Source: Lama guanicoe (lineage: Eukaryota). Taken from it: a DNA stretch of 64,000 nucleotides. Within the stretch, counting starts at the first letter, position 1. The number at the start of each line of letters is the position of its first letter. The DNA is taken from the NCBI GenBank assembly GCA_013239625.1, contig MU054001.1:5257078-5321077 (forward strand), in the 5' to 3' direction. Below the pieces are notes generated by a model, which worked only from the letters and a program-made list of their open reading frames with translations, did not search any database and was not told where the DNA came from. A program made the position numbers and the translations under genes. Shown in pieces: positions 37,743-51,724 of this stretch.

Positions 37743-39289
37743 GAAGTCAAGTCAAGACTTGCTGCAGTTCTCCACACATTATGTGCTTAATGCTCGGCAC
37801 AAACACCCCAGACATAATCTTAAAACTTGGCACCTGCCATTCTGAATGTTTGCAGTGCGGTGCCCACCACATCCCTCGCCCTGGTAACTGGTCTCTGAGC
37901 TCCAAGAAACAGCCCTGGTCCACAGCCTCAGGAGATACCGGAGAAGTGCCTCAGCACAGGCAGAACAGAGAGTTAGTTCTCTGCATGCCACCTGCCTCTT
38001 AACTCCCTATTTCTCCCCAGGTTTGCCTGTAACACCAACCAGCCTTTGCAAAGGGCAGTAGCCAAGCCCAGGCTTCTGACTTCCTATGGTCCAGTGAGCA
38101 TCCAACTTGGCAGTCCCTCCCTGGGTGTGTGTATGTGGAGGGACAGTTGAATTCCAGTCTCACTTTGGATTCATCAGAGAATAATGGTCCAGGCTTATTG
38201 TGAATGAGTCTCCCAGTTTAGAGAAATGATCAAACTGATCTTAACAAATTGTAGAAGATATGGGGTCAGGTCTGCAGATCTCAACATCTCTCTTCCTCAG
38301 AGGACATGGTTCTGAGTTCTCTTTCTAGGCTCCATTCCAAGGGGCAGAAGCCTGCTTGACCCTTGGCGACTGCCACAAACGGGGACAGAGGATGGCAGAT
38401 GACCCCCTGACAGTCTGTCAAGAATGCTGCATGCTGGACCACACCTTCACAGACACGTACAACTGTCCTCTTGTTACAAGCTTCTCCCTGGTTGAAAGTC
38501 ATCCTGTGATTTAACTGACAGGCTGTTGAGATTGTTTCCTTTGGCTTTGGCATAGAGAGGAAATGTGAATCCAATGTGATGTGGAGTGAAAGGAATCCAT
38601 CAGATCTGCTGCCTGGGGTTTTTCTAACTGGGCAGGACATAGGAGACAGATCCTGTTAGGGACCCAAGGTTATTCAGCTGGTGGGCAGAATGGCCAAGAT
38701 GCAGAGCAAGGCCCTTGGACCCCAAATCAGGTGTTGTTTTTCTCTATCACTCTGTCCCATGCATCACTTCTATCTGCATGTTCCCCTGGGCGCCTGAGAT
38801 CTCGTATCTTAGCACGTTCCCATCACCAACCTGAGCTGCCTTCATCAGGGCCCCAGGTACCAGACCTTTTCTTTCCCATCCTCTGCCCCATCAAAGGGAC
38901 ACATGCTGACTCACTTCTTGGTGATAATGGCTAAAGATACCACAACCTACTACTCATTCAGAGAGTCACATTTTTCCAAATCTTTTCCCATATTTCCCAC
39001 ATTGTATAGGCCAGAGGTGGATGCCAGTCAAAGAGATGGATGAGATGAGGTGAGGCAGGAAGGTTTCACCAAGCCCGGGACTGGAGGGGACCACGAAATA
39101 TGCTCAGGTCCTACCCAGTGCATGACCCCTCGTAGGTACTCAGTGCATTCTTGTTGGATGAGTAAACCAATGAACAAATGAACCAAGAGCTGGGGTGAAG
39201 ACTTGGGAGGAATGCTGGCAAGTACCAAATCCAGCAAACAATATAGTAAAGCAGGGAGGATGGAGCAAAGACAGATACAGAACTTCAGG

Positions 39290-39716
39290 ACCCATGGTGG
39301 GGAGATGCTGTGGTTGCCCAGCTACCATGGCCCCTTCCTCTGGTAACAGATCCTTGATTTTCCCTCTGCCTCCCTGCATGCAGCCTGAGAGATCCTGGCA
39401 ATGCTGGACACGTCACCTCACCCCTACCAGGCCAATTAGTCCCTCTCCCTCATGAGAACTTGAGCCTTGAGCAGAGTGACACAAAGACAGAAAATGCTGG
39501 TTGCTGATTCATCCCATCAGAGGTGCCTATAACAGGCTGCCCGTGGTTTCCTGTTGCTTTGTCCACCAGAACTGGCCTAGTTCTGTCTCCTCCAAGCTCT
39601 GTGCACAAGCTCTTCTTATGAGTAACCCCCTATCCTTCTAATAAATTTCTGGTGCTTAATTAAGATCAGCCAGAGTTATTTCTGTCACTGGCAACCAGAA
39701 AATCCTAAATCATACA
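39290..39716 (+). mobile_element. ERVL solo LTR (LTR67B/LTR16-like)
   Basis: ggagatgctgtggttgcccag...ctggtaacag...ccttctaataaatt...cagccagagt...ggcaaccagaaaatcctaaatcataca. Confidence 0.65.
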
Positions 39717-41582
39717 AAATCAAAGATCAAGAAGATTGGAGATGGCAGGGTCTTGGGTAGTTTTCTAGATATTCCCGGGAAATTGTGGCTTGCCATGTAG
39801 TCATTGGTGACCTAATGTGTGACAGAATTTGCAGCAAAACGATAGCAGTATGTCCCTCCCCAAGTGTTGCTCATAAAATGCTGAGTCAGCAGGATGGGAC
39901 AGTCCTTGAGAGCTCTGTCCTGGACATATGTGTCTCCAATCTCAAAGCATCAAGCCCACCACCACTGGGCTCCGATTCTCTTAGAAGGGGGCCTGGGATA
40001 CGTAAGGGGCAGTTCTGATGAGACAAAATGCATCCAGCACATTGAGTACAATTACAGATTTTCCCTCTGCTTCCACCAAAGGCTGACAGTCCAGCCAACA
40101 AGACAAACAGGTTGATATAAGAATCTACTTGACAGGTTTCTCCAGGAAATTCTCTCTCTGGTTCACTCTTTATCAAGTAAAATCCTCCCACACCTTTGTC
40201 AGACAGAGTTTTTTAAGAGCATTGCTGCTTCACTGACCAACTCTGAAGTTTTGAGAAAGACCAAGACAGACAGATGGAGAAAGAGGGAGGGAAGGGAGAT
40301 GGGGGGAGAATGGGGAAGGGCAGGTGATAAGGGGAAGAGTCACATCAGGTCTCCTCTGATGATGGACTGGACAGGAAGGACACTGGAGAAGTGATTCAGT
40401 TGGACAGGGAAGAGAGGCCTGCTCCTCTAATGAGCTGAAGTCATTAGCAGAGCCCTAGAATCATGAGGTGCATTCATTTGGGTTTTTTGGCTTCCAGAGC
40501 CAGAGTCATGTTCCAGCCCCCTCATAGAGGTTACATAGCTTCATGTTAGGATACAGGGCAGAGTAGGTTACGCTGGCCAGCCCCACTCCAGGACCCAAGA
40601 CAGACAGGAAGGGGCTGGTGGGAGCAACTCAGTCCCCTGGATCTCGTGTTCCCCCCTCACCTGGCCCATCCTTTACTCTCTCCCATTGTGCGGATTCATC
40701 AGCTCTCAGCTCGGCTGCCCCATTCCCACCACCACCTCTTATCTTCTCTTTGTCTCCTCTTCCCTTGTGCCTTCCACTCCCTTCCCTCTCTGGCTCTTTG
40801 TCACTGGCCTCACCTCCTTCTCCAACTCCTCCATCTCCAGAGTCAAGCTCCCAAGTCCTCCAAAGGGAGGACATGACAGGTACAGCCAATTGCCATGCAG
40901 GACAGGAAGCCCTGGCGGGCAGAGCTTTCACACCAAACTTTTCTCTGCTTGCTGGCCTGCCTGGGGATTGGCTGACCCGGCTGTGCCAACCTGCTGTGGC
41001 CAGGTAGCAGGGTCATATGGACTAGAGCAGGTCAGCTCACTGGAGATGACCCTCCAAAGGAAGCGAGGTAGGGCTGCCAGGAGCTGTGCACCTGGGGGAC
41101 AGTGTGTCCCACCTGTCTGTTGTTGTAGCAGAGATTCCTGAAGGTTCCACCCAGTGGCCTCTCTCACACACCAGGGACAAGAGGGCCAGTGATCATTTAA
41201 CAAAGTAGTCTGAACACACAAAAAAGAGCTGGTCATCTGAGATCTCAGAATCTTTAAAGGCCAAAAGGACCAGTCAGGCAAATGGGGCATTTGGACCCTG
41301 CAGATTGGATGAGAGGGAGAGTCCAGGCTGGAGCTTCTGCTCTAAGCAGGCAGTGAGAAGAGGCTTCAGTCTTTTGATTCTAGGTCTTTGGTCCTTGTTT
41401 CTAAAATGGGATAATTAGAGTATTAACCATGTAGGAAGAATAGGTAAGATCACACGTGGATGGTCCTGCTCAAGGGTTGTAGCCCACAACAGTCTTCATA
41501 TGGTTAGCTTTTTTAAAGTGGTTTTTATCCATAATAAAATGATTTTTATTTAAGATTTAAGATATTTAATAAGATAGTGATT

Positions 41583-42170
41583 GCAGCCACTGTGGAAAAC
41601 AGTATGAAGGTTTCTCAAAAAATTAAGAACAAAACTACCCTATGACCCAACTATTCCACTCTGAGTATTTAACCAAGGAACACAGAAACATGAGTTCAAA
41701 AAGATATATGCACCCCTATGTTCATTGCAATATTATGTTCAATAGCCAAGATATGCAAACAACCTATGTGTCCCATTGATGGATGAGCAGATAAAGATGT
41801 GGTGTATATGCACAATGGAATACTACTCAGCCATGAAAATGAATGAAATCTTGCCTTTAGTGGCAACGTGGATGGACGTCAAAGGTATTACGTTAAGTGA
41901 AATAAGTCAGATCTCTAAATTTCACACAAATATGGAATCTAAAAAAACAAAACAAGTTAACAAACTAAAACAAAGACAAACTCATAGACACAGAGGTCAG
42001 ATTAGTGGTTACCAGAAGGGAGGGTGGTAGGACAGTGGGTGAAATGGGTGAAGGGGGTCGACTGTATGGTGAGGGATGGTAACTAGATCTGCAGTGGTGA
42101 TCACACTGTAGTGCACAAGGAGGTCAAATTACAATGCCATACACCTGAAATTTATACAATAAAATAATGC
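41583..42170 (+). mobile_element. L1 3' fragment (laurasiatherian type) with TSD
   Basis: ORF2 C-terminus (WCICTMEYYSAMKMNEILPLVATWMD); 16-bp TSD taataagatagtgatt (41567-41582) / taataagatggtggtt (42171-42186). Confidence 0.92.
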
Positions 42171-42949
42171 TAATAAGATGGTGGTTATTACTATCAGCCA
42201 GACCCATCTCCCAGAAGAACAGATCTGAGCAGAATGAGAGGAGGCTCAGAAAGTGACTCTGCCCAGGGTAACAAACTGCCGTCCCGTGCTTCCCTTTGTT
42301 TCACTGACAGATCCCCTGGTTAGGGGCATATGAAAGAGCTTATAACAAGAGTCACTTGGAGAATAATTAACCTTCTGTTTTCAACTGTTGCATTGGTAGT
42401 GCTCTTCCTCCTTAGTTGCCTGAAGCCAAGTTGGTCGACCTCTGGGGTAGGACTTTTCCACTGCAGTGTCAACAGCATTCTCCTGGAAGAGGAGCTGCCT
42501 CCTCTACAGGAAAGGCACGATGTGGAGCCTGGGGTCCCTCCCACCAGGCTAAGTTGTGTTCTCTCCTCCCTTGTGCCCAGACCGGAAGATGGCCATCACT
42601 GATGGGGGATGGTGAGTGGGTGGCAGGAACCCTGGCAGCAAAACTGGCAGCTCCTCATGGTGGAAGAGATTTTTAGATGGCTTGTTGGCATCCCAGATGT
42701 GGAGGAAGGTCACTCTTCCCCTTATCCAGTGCTGTCACAGGTCCTCATTTAAGGAGGACCATCTTTGATTCTTTACTCCTACTCTCAACCATCTCCAAAG
42801 AAAAGCATCTCCCTCAAGATGGTCTCCATGAAACCTAGTCCTTTTCTCCTTCTTTCCTTAAACTGGTCTCTCCCCTTCTTTCTCTCTTTCCCTGTCCTTT
42901 AATATCCCTTGGTTTTTAACTGAGTTGACTGGTCTGCACTTCTCACAGA

Positions 42950-43075
42950 GTCATAGAATCCAAGAGCAAGGCCTTTGTGTGCACAAGGGAAGCCTGAGTT
43001 CTGAAGAAGGGAAGGAACTTGCCAAGACCATGCAGTAAGTAGTAACAGAGATGGGGAAGACCGAGGTCTCCAGGT
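42950..43075 (-). mobile_element. MIR fragment
   Basis: gaagggaaggaacttgccaagaccatgcagtaagtagtaacagag. Confidence 0.6.
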
Positions 43076-44564
43076 AGGGCCCCAATCCCAGTTTCTTTCC
43101 CCTGCGGGAGCATGTGCCTGGGTGAAAATCCACCTAATACTGCTTCTGCCTGATGCTAGTAGAGATGAAATTGAGAGAAATAGGTCTGCAGTCAGTCATC
43201 TTGGGTAGCACTGTGTGGAAAAAGGAACAAGGGACAAAGAGCATACTTGCTTTATACAGGACCTTCCAAAGCCTTTGCTATATTATGAGACATAGGAAAT
43301 CTCCTGATTGGGGGTTGGCGGGGGGCTGGGGGTGCTAGGATGCACAGTATTTTCCAAGCTTACTTGACCTTTCTTTTGCTCAAGGACCATCTTGCAGACT
43401 GATGTCCAGCAGTGCACATTGGAAAATTCGGAGCCAAATGATGCAGCCTCATGACCCAGCCCCAGAACAGACATCCTTGTTCAAACTGTCTGCCCAGGAA
43501 AGAGGCAGCTGCTTCCACACCAAGAGACCAGGCTGTGTTTCTGGAAATACAAACGTTTAAAAGCGAGGCTGCAGCATAAAACCAATCGAAGCTAACAAAT
43601 GCTCTTTCTCTCACCTTATCTTAGTTCCAGAACTCCACACTTAATGAAATATTTCAGGGTGGAAGAGGCGAGGCCAGGAAACGTTTGTCCTGCTCGAGAC
43701 TCTCCCTGCCACTCTTCAGCCCAGAGCAAATTAAAACAGGTGCTCCTTAGACAGAAGTCCTGAGATGAGAGCAGAGAGCAAGCTGTAGGTTTCAAGGCCG
43801 AGCCCTGACCAACTGCAGTAATAAAACACAGTGCGTGGATGCGGAGGCTTTGGAACAAAAATACCTTGTAGCTATTATTTTCATGACTCTCTGCTTAGCC
43901 ACACACCCCCCTCTCCCATTCTTTTAATCTGGAGCTACTGAGAATCGGTATTTTTCTCACCTTTGTGATATGAGAAACAAGTTAATTAAAAATCACTCCC
44001 AACTCCAGTCTCAGAGCATCCCTGCTTTGGCTGCAGATCTATCAACAGTGTGTTTTGATAACAGTGCAGGAAGCTGGTTATTCGGAGACACTGATAATTG
44101 CATTAATTTAGGAGGCATTAGCTAAGCCCTACGATTAATTACACAGGCAGCAGACAGAGCTGTAACCCACCAGATAGCTGGATGAATAAGGTAGAAATGC
44201 CAACTCCTTTTTATTCAGATCCAAATACCCAGGACATTCAAATAACCAGAACAGTTTTCACTGCTCATAGATGTTTATAATGGTGACCCTGAGAAATTAA
44301 GAACTTGAAGGTCGTTCTGAATCCTGAAAGAGAGATTAGAGGCCTCTTTGTGTCCTGTTCATTTTAAGGGAATTTTATTTTATCCAACTCTTTGAAAGCT
44401 GGTCATTTATGAGGGATATTTGTGACATATTACATGGAATCAAAATTTCTAGTTAATTAGTTAGTTAATTAGTTTTGATCCCATTTTTCCATTCATTAAT
44501 GAGCCTGAGAGAAACAAATCAGAAATTCTTTCTCTCTCTCCATTCCATCCCCCATTTTCCACAT

Positions 44565-44584
44565 CACACACACACACACACACC
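44565..44584. repeat. (CA)n microsatellite
   Basis: Visible cacacacacacacacacac run. Confidence 0.9.
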
Positions 44585-45645
44585 CCTATCTTTCCTATGA
44601 ATATAAAGACTAAATGCAAGTATATACATAGGTAAATAGTGAAAAAAATGGGGGGAATAGATGAAGACTTAACCTAAGAAAAAAAGTGTAACATAGAAAA
44701 GGCAGAGAAATCTCTGGGGATGGTGAGAGGGGATTTTCTGTTTCTCCTGTCAGAGTCCCACAGTTCCCTTTCTCCATCTACTGAAATCTTACCCATTTCT
44801 TAAGGCCCCACTCTTTTTCTTTGAGAGTTTCACAAATGCCTAATTGGGATGACAAAGTGCTGGGCCAGTGCTTGAAAAACGCTTCAGGCAGATTTTAGAC
44901 ATCTTGTCAGACTCATAAATGAAATCCGAGCAAGCGCTAATGTAGGCTTCTGGCGAGGGTGTGGTTTCAGAAGGGGCCCCTGAGACAGGTGTTAACCCAG
45001 TCCTGCAGGTGAGAGGCCCAGGCTCAGAGACAGGCCCAGGCTCCTGGCCAATGAGCTGCCCTGCCCCTCCCTGCAGGGACTCTTGGTGCCCAGTGGACAA
45101 GGAATGTTTCCATTCCGCCCAGGCTCTAAGGCCCACTTTTTCCATGGAGACTTGGACACTGGAGACCATCTGGTTTAAGAATCTCATTCTTCAGGTCCAG
45201 CATGGCCACTGGGTGTGGAAAGGAAACAGATTTTATCTGTATCATTCAAGTGAAATGTGAGTGCATTCTCATTATGAAAGATTTAAATGATCAGAAGTAA
45301 GCTGGAAAACCCCAAAGACCCTTAAACCATCTTCTGCTCCCTTGCTTCTCTCTAGAGCTTACACTGTCAACAGTCTGGCTCTGCATTCTTCTGATCATCT
45401 CTGTCTACATTTACGTAACTCAGAGTTTTGTTCTGTTTTATGACCACACTATCTTTTATAAGATGCTGCTTTATTTTATAATATGCCCTAGAAATCATTT
45501 CATAGTGGTACATATAGATCAACTACCTTCTTTTTTAATGCATAACATTCCAATGTTGCTTTTGCCAAACATCTTCTAAAATGCCTCTTAGTGAACACGT
45601 GGAAGTAGATTGCCAGGCTAGATTCCTAGAAGTGAAATTTCCAGG

Positions 45646-46088
45646 TGAAATAGATTGAATTGTGTTTCCTTCCCCAAATTCATATGTTGAAGTCCTAAGC
45701 CCCCAATACCTCAGAACGTGCAGTTATTTGGGAATGAGCTCACTGCAGACCTAATCAGCTAAGTTAAGAAAAGATCATTAATGGAGGCCTTATACAGTAT
45801 GACTGGGGACCTTATAAAAAGGGACATCTGGACGCAGAGACAAGCCTACAGGGAGAATGTCATATGAAGTCAGAGATAGGGAGAGTGCTTCAGCAAGCCA
45901 GAAATGCCAGAGATTGCCAGGAAACCAGCAAAGGCCAGGGGAGAGGATGAAAGAGATTCTCCCTCTCAGCCCTGCCAACACCTTGATCTTGGACTTCCAG
46001 CCTCCAGAACTGAGAGAGAATACATTTCTGTTGCTTAAACCACCCAGTTGTTGGTTCTTTATTATAATAGCCACAGTGAACTAATATG
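45646..46088 (+). mobile_element. MLT1C-like solo LTR inside a minus-strand L1ME relic (about 45300-46190)
   Basis: ttgaattgtgt...caaattcatatgttgaagtcctaa...ccctgccaacaccttgatcttggacttccagcctccagaactg. Confidence 0.9.
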
Positions 46089-46250
46089 CTGTACATAAAC
46101 ATTCAAGTTTGATGTATAGTTCCAAGTTGCTCCCCCTACCAAAAAAAAATAGTTTTATCATTTCACAGTTTCAGATAGAGTAGGTAAGAATAGTGAGGGT
46201 TTTGGACCCAGCAGGTACCATATGCATATGCATTACCAGCTGTAACGAAG

Positions 46251-46375
46251 AGGAGGGAACTAGCTCAGTGGTAGAAGAGTGCTTAGCATATACGAGGTCC
46301 AGGGTCCAGTTCTTAGTACCTCCGTTAAAAAATAAAATTTAAAGTTAAAAAATTTAACTAAAAACAAGAAAATTA
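46251..46375 (+). mobile_element. tRNA-Ala-derived SINE (vic-1-like)
   Basis: tagctcagtggtaga...gcttagcatatacgaggtcc...agtacctcc, then an A-rich tail. Confidence 0.85.
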
Positions 46376-46377
46376 TT

Positions 46378-47191
46378 ATCCAGATGGCCAGTAGGCACAC
46401 TGAATAGATGTTCAACATTGCTAATTATTGGAAAAATGCAAATCAAAACTACAATGAGTTATCACCTCACACCAGTCAGAATGGCCATCATTAAAAAGTT
46501 TACAAATAATAAATGCTGGAGAGGGTATGGGAAAAAAGGAACCCTCCTACATTTTTGGTGGGAATGTAAATTGGTACAGCCACTATAGAGAACAGTATGG
46601 AGATTCTTTTAAAAACTAAAAATAGAGTTACTGTATGATCCAGCAATTCTACTCCTGGGCATATGTCTGGGGGAAACTCTAACTCAGCAAGATACATGCA
46701 CTCCAGTGTTTATAGCAGCACTATTTACAATAGCCAGGGCATGGAAACAACCTAAATGTACATTGTTAGATGAATGGATAAAGAAGATATAGTATGTATA
46801 TGTATATGGAATATTACTCAGCCATAAAAAAGAATGAAATAATGCCATTTGCAGCAACTTGGAAAAATGGACCTAGAGATTATGATACTAAGTAACTCAG
46901 ACAGAGAAAGGCAAATATCATATGATATCACTTACATGTGGAACCTAAAAAACATACAAATCTAATTTACAAACCAGAAATAGACTCATGGACATAGAAA
47001 ACAAACTTATGGTTATCAAAGGGAAAAGTGAGAGGAGGAATAAATTAGGAGTTGGAGATTAACAGATACACTCTACTGTATATAAAAAAGAAAAACAACA
47101 AAGACCTACTGTATAGCACAGGGAACTATATTCAATTTCTTATAATAAGCTATAATGGAAAAGAATCTGAAAATGTGTATGTGTGTGTGTG

Positions 47192-47222
<31 letters not shown>

Positions 47223-47295
47223 TGTATGTATAACTGAGTCACTTTGCTCTACACCTGAAACTAACATTATAAATCAACTACACTTCAAAAACAAA
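46378..47295 (+). mobile_element. L1 3' portion (ORF2 end plus 3' UTR)
   Basis: atgcaaatcaaaactacaatgagttatcacctcacaccagtcagaatggcc...aaatcaactacacttcaa. Confidence 0.95.
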
Positions 47296-47300
47296 TGAAA

Positions 47301-47361
<61 letters not shown>

Positions 47362-47438
47362 GAGAAAGAAAGAAAGAAAAAGAGAGAGAGAAAGAAAGAA
47401 AGAAAGAGAGAGAGAGAAAGAAAGAAAAGAAAGAAAGA
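47296..47438. repeat. (GAAA)n/(GA)n microsatellite at the L1 tail
   Basis: Direct reading of the repeat. Confidence 0.95.
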
Positions 47439-47990
47439 GGTCGATGTCATCCCTTTTGTGAAATCCCACTTAGTGCTGGAAAAGAGTCTGTCCTGATTTC
47501 ACATCTACCCACTTGGATTCTCTGAGCAATATTATCACAACCTTTTTAGGGTGAGAATAGGGGGAAATGCTGTACTACAAGACACTATAGGCTAGGAACC
47601 AAAGAAGAAATCCCGACAGGGTAGTGTTGAGGTTCAGAGGACAGAGAGCTTACTTCTAGCTGACATGACTCGTGGAAAGGCTTTAGAGCCTGGGCAGGAT
47701 GGAACCATTATTTTTAGGGTGTCAAGAGTCCCTGCCCAGAGGACTGGGGCAGCACAATGACCAAGAGCCTAAGCTTTGGAGTCAGAAAGTTGTGAAGCTT
47801 TTTCAGGCTGCACAAGTTTCTTCATGTCTCTGAGCCAAGTTCCTCACCTGCAAGATTGGGTTAACATCTCAGGGGCACCTTCTCTGAAATCATACCCTCG
47901 CCAGAAGCCTACATTAGTATTAGTTTCATCTGAATGTGAGCACTTCCCTCCATCATATCCTTTGGTTTATCTTTGCCATCTCTCTGACAT

Positions 47991-48270
<280 letters not shown>

Positions 48271-48699
48271 CAAACAAATGTAAGCTAGAGATGACAAAGA
48301 TGATGATCAGGGCCAGAATGAAACTGCTTTTTCTCCCCTGGACTATATTGAGGTTCCAGTGCAGGGGGTCACAGGGAGTAGTATGGGCACCTTTCTGATG
48401 TGTTTGAGAGAATAATGGAAATGGTGATTTGCTCCAGAATTAGCAAAATGTGCTGAAGGGAAAAACTGCCACGTGTGCATTAAGTTCTGTGATTAACTAC
48501 TACACTAAACTGTACCAAGTCCACTCAACATACAGGCTCAAACTTGTCCAAGTAGGACACCTAGGGTCGTGGAAATATCAGTGGAAGTTGATGTGTGTAT
48601 AAATATGGCCAGTGTCAAGGGCAGGGTGTGATGGAGGAGCTCATCAGCAAGTTGAGATCCTCTTGGTTTTCTGCCAAACTAATGGAGAGAGAAGCTTTG

Positions 48700-49070
48700 C
48701 ATAACCAAGGCTTTCTGGTTGCAAGCAGTGAAGACCAGTTCATATCAGCTCAAGGGATGGAGGGGATGTGTGGTCACTGTCATTTGATTCCTGTCTCCTT
48801 CTATCTTTCTTCTGTGTCAACTTATCAGGCAGGCTCTTCTTCTGTGGTGGGAAGAAACTCACCAATGAGTCTTGGCTTATAGTCTTCTCTGAGTAGTTTC
48901 AGGGAAAATCATAACTTCTTTTACAAAAATAATCCAATAACTCTCCAGGGCTAGCATTTTATTGAGTCAGCTTGGATCATGTCCCCATCCTGAATTAAAC
49001 ACAGTGGGCAAAGGGATGGGGATGTGCTGATGGACCACCTGGAGCTCAGACTTGGGGAAGGTACTGAGAG
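48700..49070 (-). mobile_element. Old MaLR LTR fragment
   Basis: ctttctggttgcaagcagtgaagacc...cagcttggatcatgtccccatcctgaa. Confidence 0.55.
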
Positions 49071-50049
49071 CTGGGTAGGGCTTGGAGGTCTGAGGGGTCT
49101 AATGATTAACATTCTGCCTTTTCTCTGCCTGGGTCCAGAACAGTTGAGAGATGGACACCAGGTCAGGCAGATGGAACTCAAAAACACCACAGTTATTACT
49201 CATAAAAGTAAATTTGGAGAATGTAGCTCCAGTGTTCAGCAACAGTGAGTTCTGAAATACTAACATCTCAGAAGCCGTCAGCCTGTCACAGGTGAAACAT
49301 AACTACAGGTCCCCGCCCCTTTGGGGCCCTGACCTTGTAAAAGCACAGCTTAGAAGAGAAAGGGATTTCTCCCTGAGGGAGAAATGGGAGGAGGAGACTG
49401 ACCAGAGCATGCCCAGTTTCTTCCCTTAAATGTACCAAATTGACAAGCCACTCCTTCTCTCTGGGGAGAGATGGAAGGCAAGGGAGAGGCCAGGAGTGTT
49501 ACTCTGCTGGAAACCAACAGAGTAAAGGCTAAGAGCCCCACCCGTTGTCCCATAACTGATGGGGGGATCCTCAACAGGAAGTCAGAGTGATGTCACACAG
49601 GACGTGGAGTGGTCTCAGAGCTGGTGAAAATGGCAGAACTCCACTACAGACATAAAAGATGCAATGTCTTGACCCACTTTCTTTCCCAAGGATTACAACA
49701 TCCATAGTAACAGCAGGATATATATTCAACACGTTTGCACACATATTCCAATCTGACTTTGAGGTAGTCAAGAACTCTGATTGTGTATAAAGTGATTTTT
49801 TGTGAAAAATTAAAAGGCAAAGCAGAATCTGTCACCAGTGAAGTCTAGGGGTCAAGTCACACAAGCCCTGGATGTGGACTCAAAAGAACTGGGCTCTGGC
49901 CCAACTCACCTGGCCACCAGGGTGCCCTGGACAGGAACCCTCACCCTCCTGAACTTCAGTTGCTTCTTACGATGAGGATTCTAATTGTGCTGGCCCATCT
50001 GACCTTGCAGTGCTGGTCAAACAGGACTAGAGGAAAAGTGCTTCAAATG

Positions 50050-50270
50050 ATAATAGTAAGAATTGACATCTGAAGACTTCACTGGGTGCCAGGCACTGGT
50101 CTAAGAGCTCCACGTGTGTGAACTCCTTCAATCCTTAAAACAACAAACTTAAAAACAACCGATTCCAACTACCTACTTTGTGGGTAGTTAGTATAGGTTT
50201 CATCTTATAGATGAGGACACTGAGGCACAGTGTGGCTGGGATACTTGCCCAAAGCCTTGCCAACGTAAAG
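50050..50270 (-). mobile_element. MIR SINE (tail-to-tail with a + MIR at about 49860-50045)
   Basis: tgccaggcactggtctaagagc...ttatagatgaggacactgaggcacag...acttgcccaa. Confidence 0.8.
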
Positions 50271-51144
50271 GATGCTGCAGCTGCTGTCACAGACAAGGTT
50301 GTCACTGTTGATGGAAGAGCTTAGGGGAGCAGCCTGAAAGGGGGGCAGGATGGTCAGGCAGATAGGGTTGTGGGGGGTGGACTTGCTGGCCCTGTGTCTC
50401 CTCACAGAAGAGAAGTTCTGAGCAAGAGAATCTTGGGACTCAGGCATGAGACAGGGTATTCAGACTTGGGTGGGGGCTTTATCTATTTCTGGTCTAAGCC
50501 TGGGACTGGCAGAAGGAGTCAGTTTCAGAAGCTGACGTGGGCATCCAGCACTCAGCCTGGCACAGGCAAAACCCTCAGGAAATGTGGTACCAGCATTAGC
50601 ACCTTGGCATGGTCACCACTAAGCCCTCTGCTCACAAATTAACCCTAACCTGGGAACAACCTCCTCTGAAAGTGGGAAGACTAGGGGAAACTAAGGCAAG
50701 AGATCCCATCTAGGCCTTGCAGGAAGTGAGCAAGATGACTGAGGATGAGCCCTAGGCCAGTGGTACCAGCCCTACCACACAGGCCCCATGTACCATCACA
50801 TAGAAAGCCTGGTTTCTCCTTCTAACCACATGAATCCCTGAGTTTTCTCAGCAAATTTAATATTAGGGCTGTAACAATTTTTCTGCTGTAGCCTGTGCTT
50901 TCTAGAGAGAAGAAAAAACATTCTTGATGAAGGCCTCCCAGCTCCCCAAAGACAGAGGGATATAGATGTTCCCTCTGGCTAAGATAAGAGAGAGAGTGAG
51001 AAGAAATCATTTTTTAGCACCTGTCCAAATTGTAGTGTACTGTATTAGATGATTTAACTTTGTATTTCAGCTGACGTTTGATTTTGCTGAAAGATTTATA
51101 GTAAAGCTATAAAAAGATGAGTCACAACATTTCCTGTGCCCAAA

Positions 51145-51324
51145 TAAGGATGGCAAATGACGACCACACACAGCCGTACCTTTCCCTCCCATGTCAGTGG
51201 CAGACATTACTAATCAATCATGAGGCTCTGTCCCACTGACCCCAGACATGGCCTTAGAAGCCTCAGTGCAGCTCTCCAGGCTATCTGAGCTGACACAGGA
51301 GATGAAAACCATTTGCTATTCTTG
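51145..51324 (-). mobile_element. Charlie4z-like hAT MITE
   Basis: Terminal inverted repeats taaggatggcaaat / atttgctattcttg; internal ggcagacattactaatcaatca. Confidence 0.7.
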
Positions 51325-51724
51325 CCAACGAAGCAGGATAAGCTGGGAAGAACAAAAAACAACAGGAGAGACATAACATCAGGTGACTGGGAGAAAACAA
51401 TACAGAGAGAGGGGGAGCTGAGAGCTTTGCCAAGTGGATGATTCTGAGAGATGAGTGATGGAAAACAGACGTGGAGAATTTAAGAGAGCTGTTGATAAGC
51501 TGTAACTCTAGTAACCAAAGAGAAAGTGTGAATGTGACACTTAACACACAAACTATAGCTCTTTAAGGGTTGAAAATAATCTGGGCCAAGAGTCAGAGCC
51601 AGAGACAGGCAGCAGTATTTGTAGGATAAATACAGCAGTTACTGAACCCAGAACTTTATGGGTGTCAAATGACCATAGAAATAGATCCAGATCCAGATCG
51701 ACATATGCACAAACAATCTCTCTC

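Noticed and set aside
45014..45043. Direct repeat aggcccaggctc x2
   Set aside because: Only two short copies, an ordinary local duplication.
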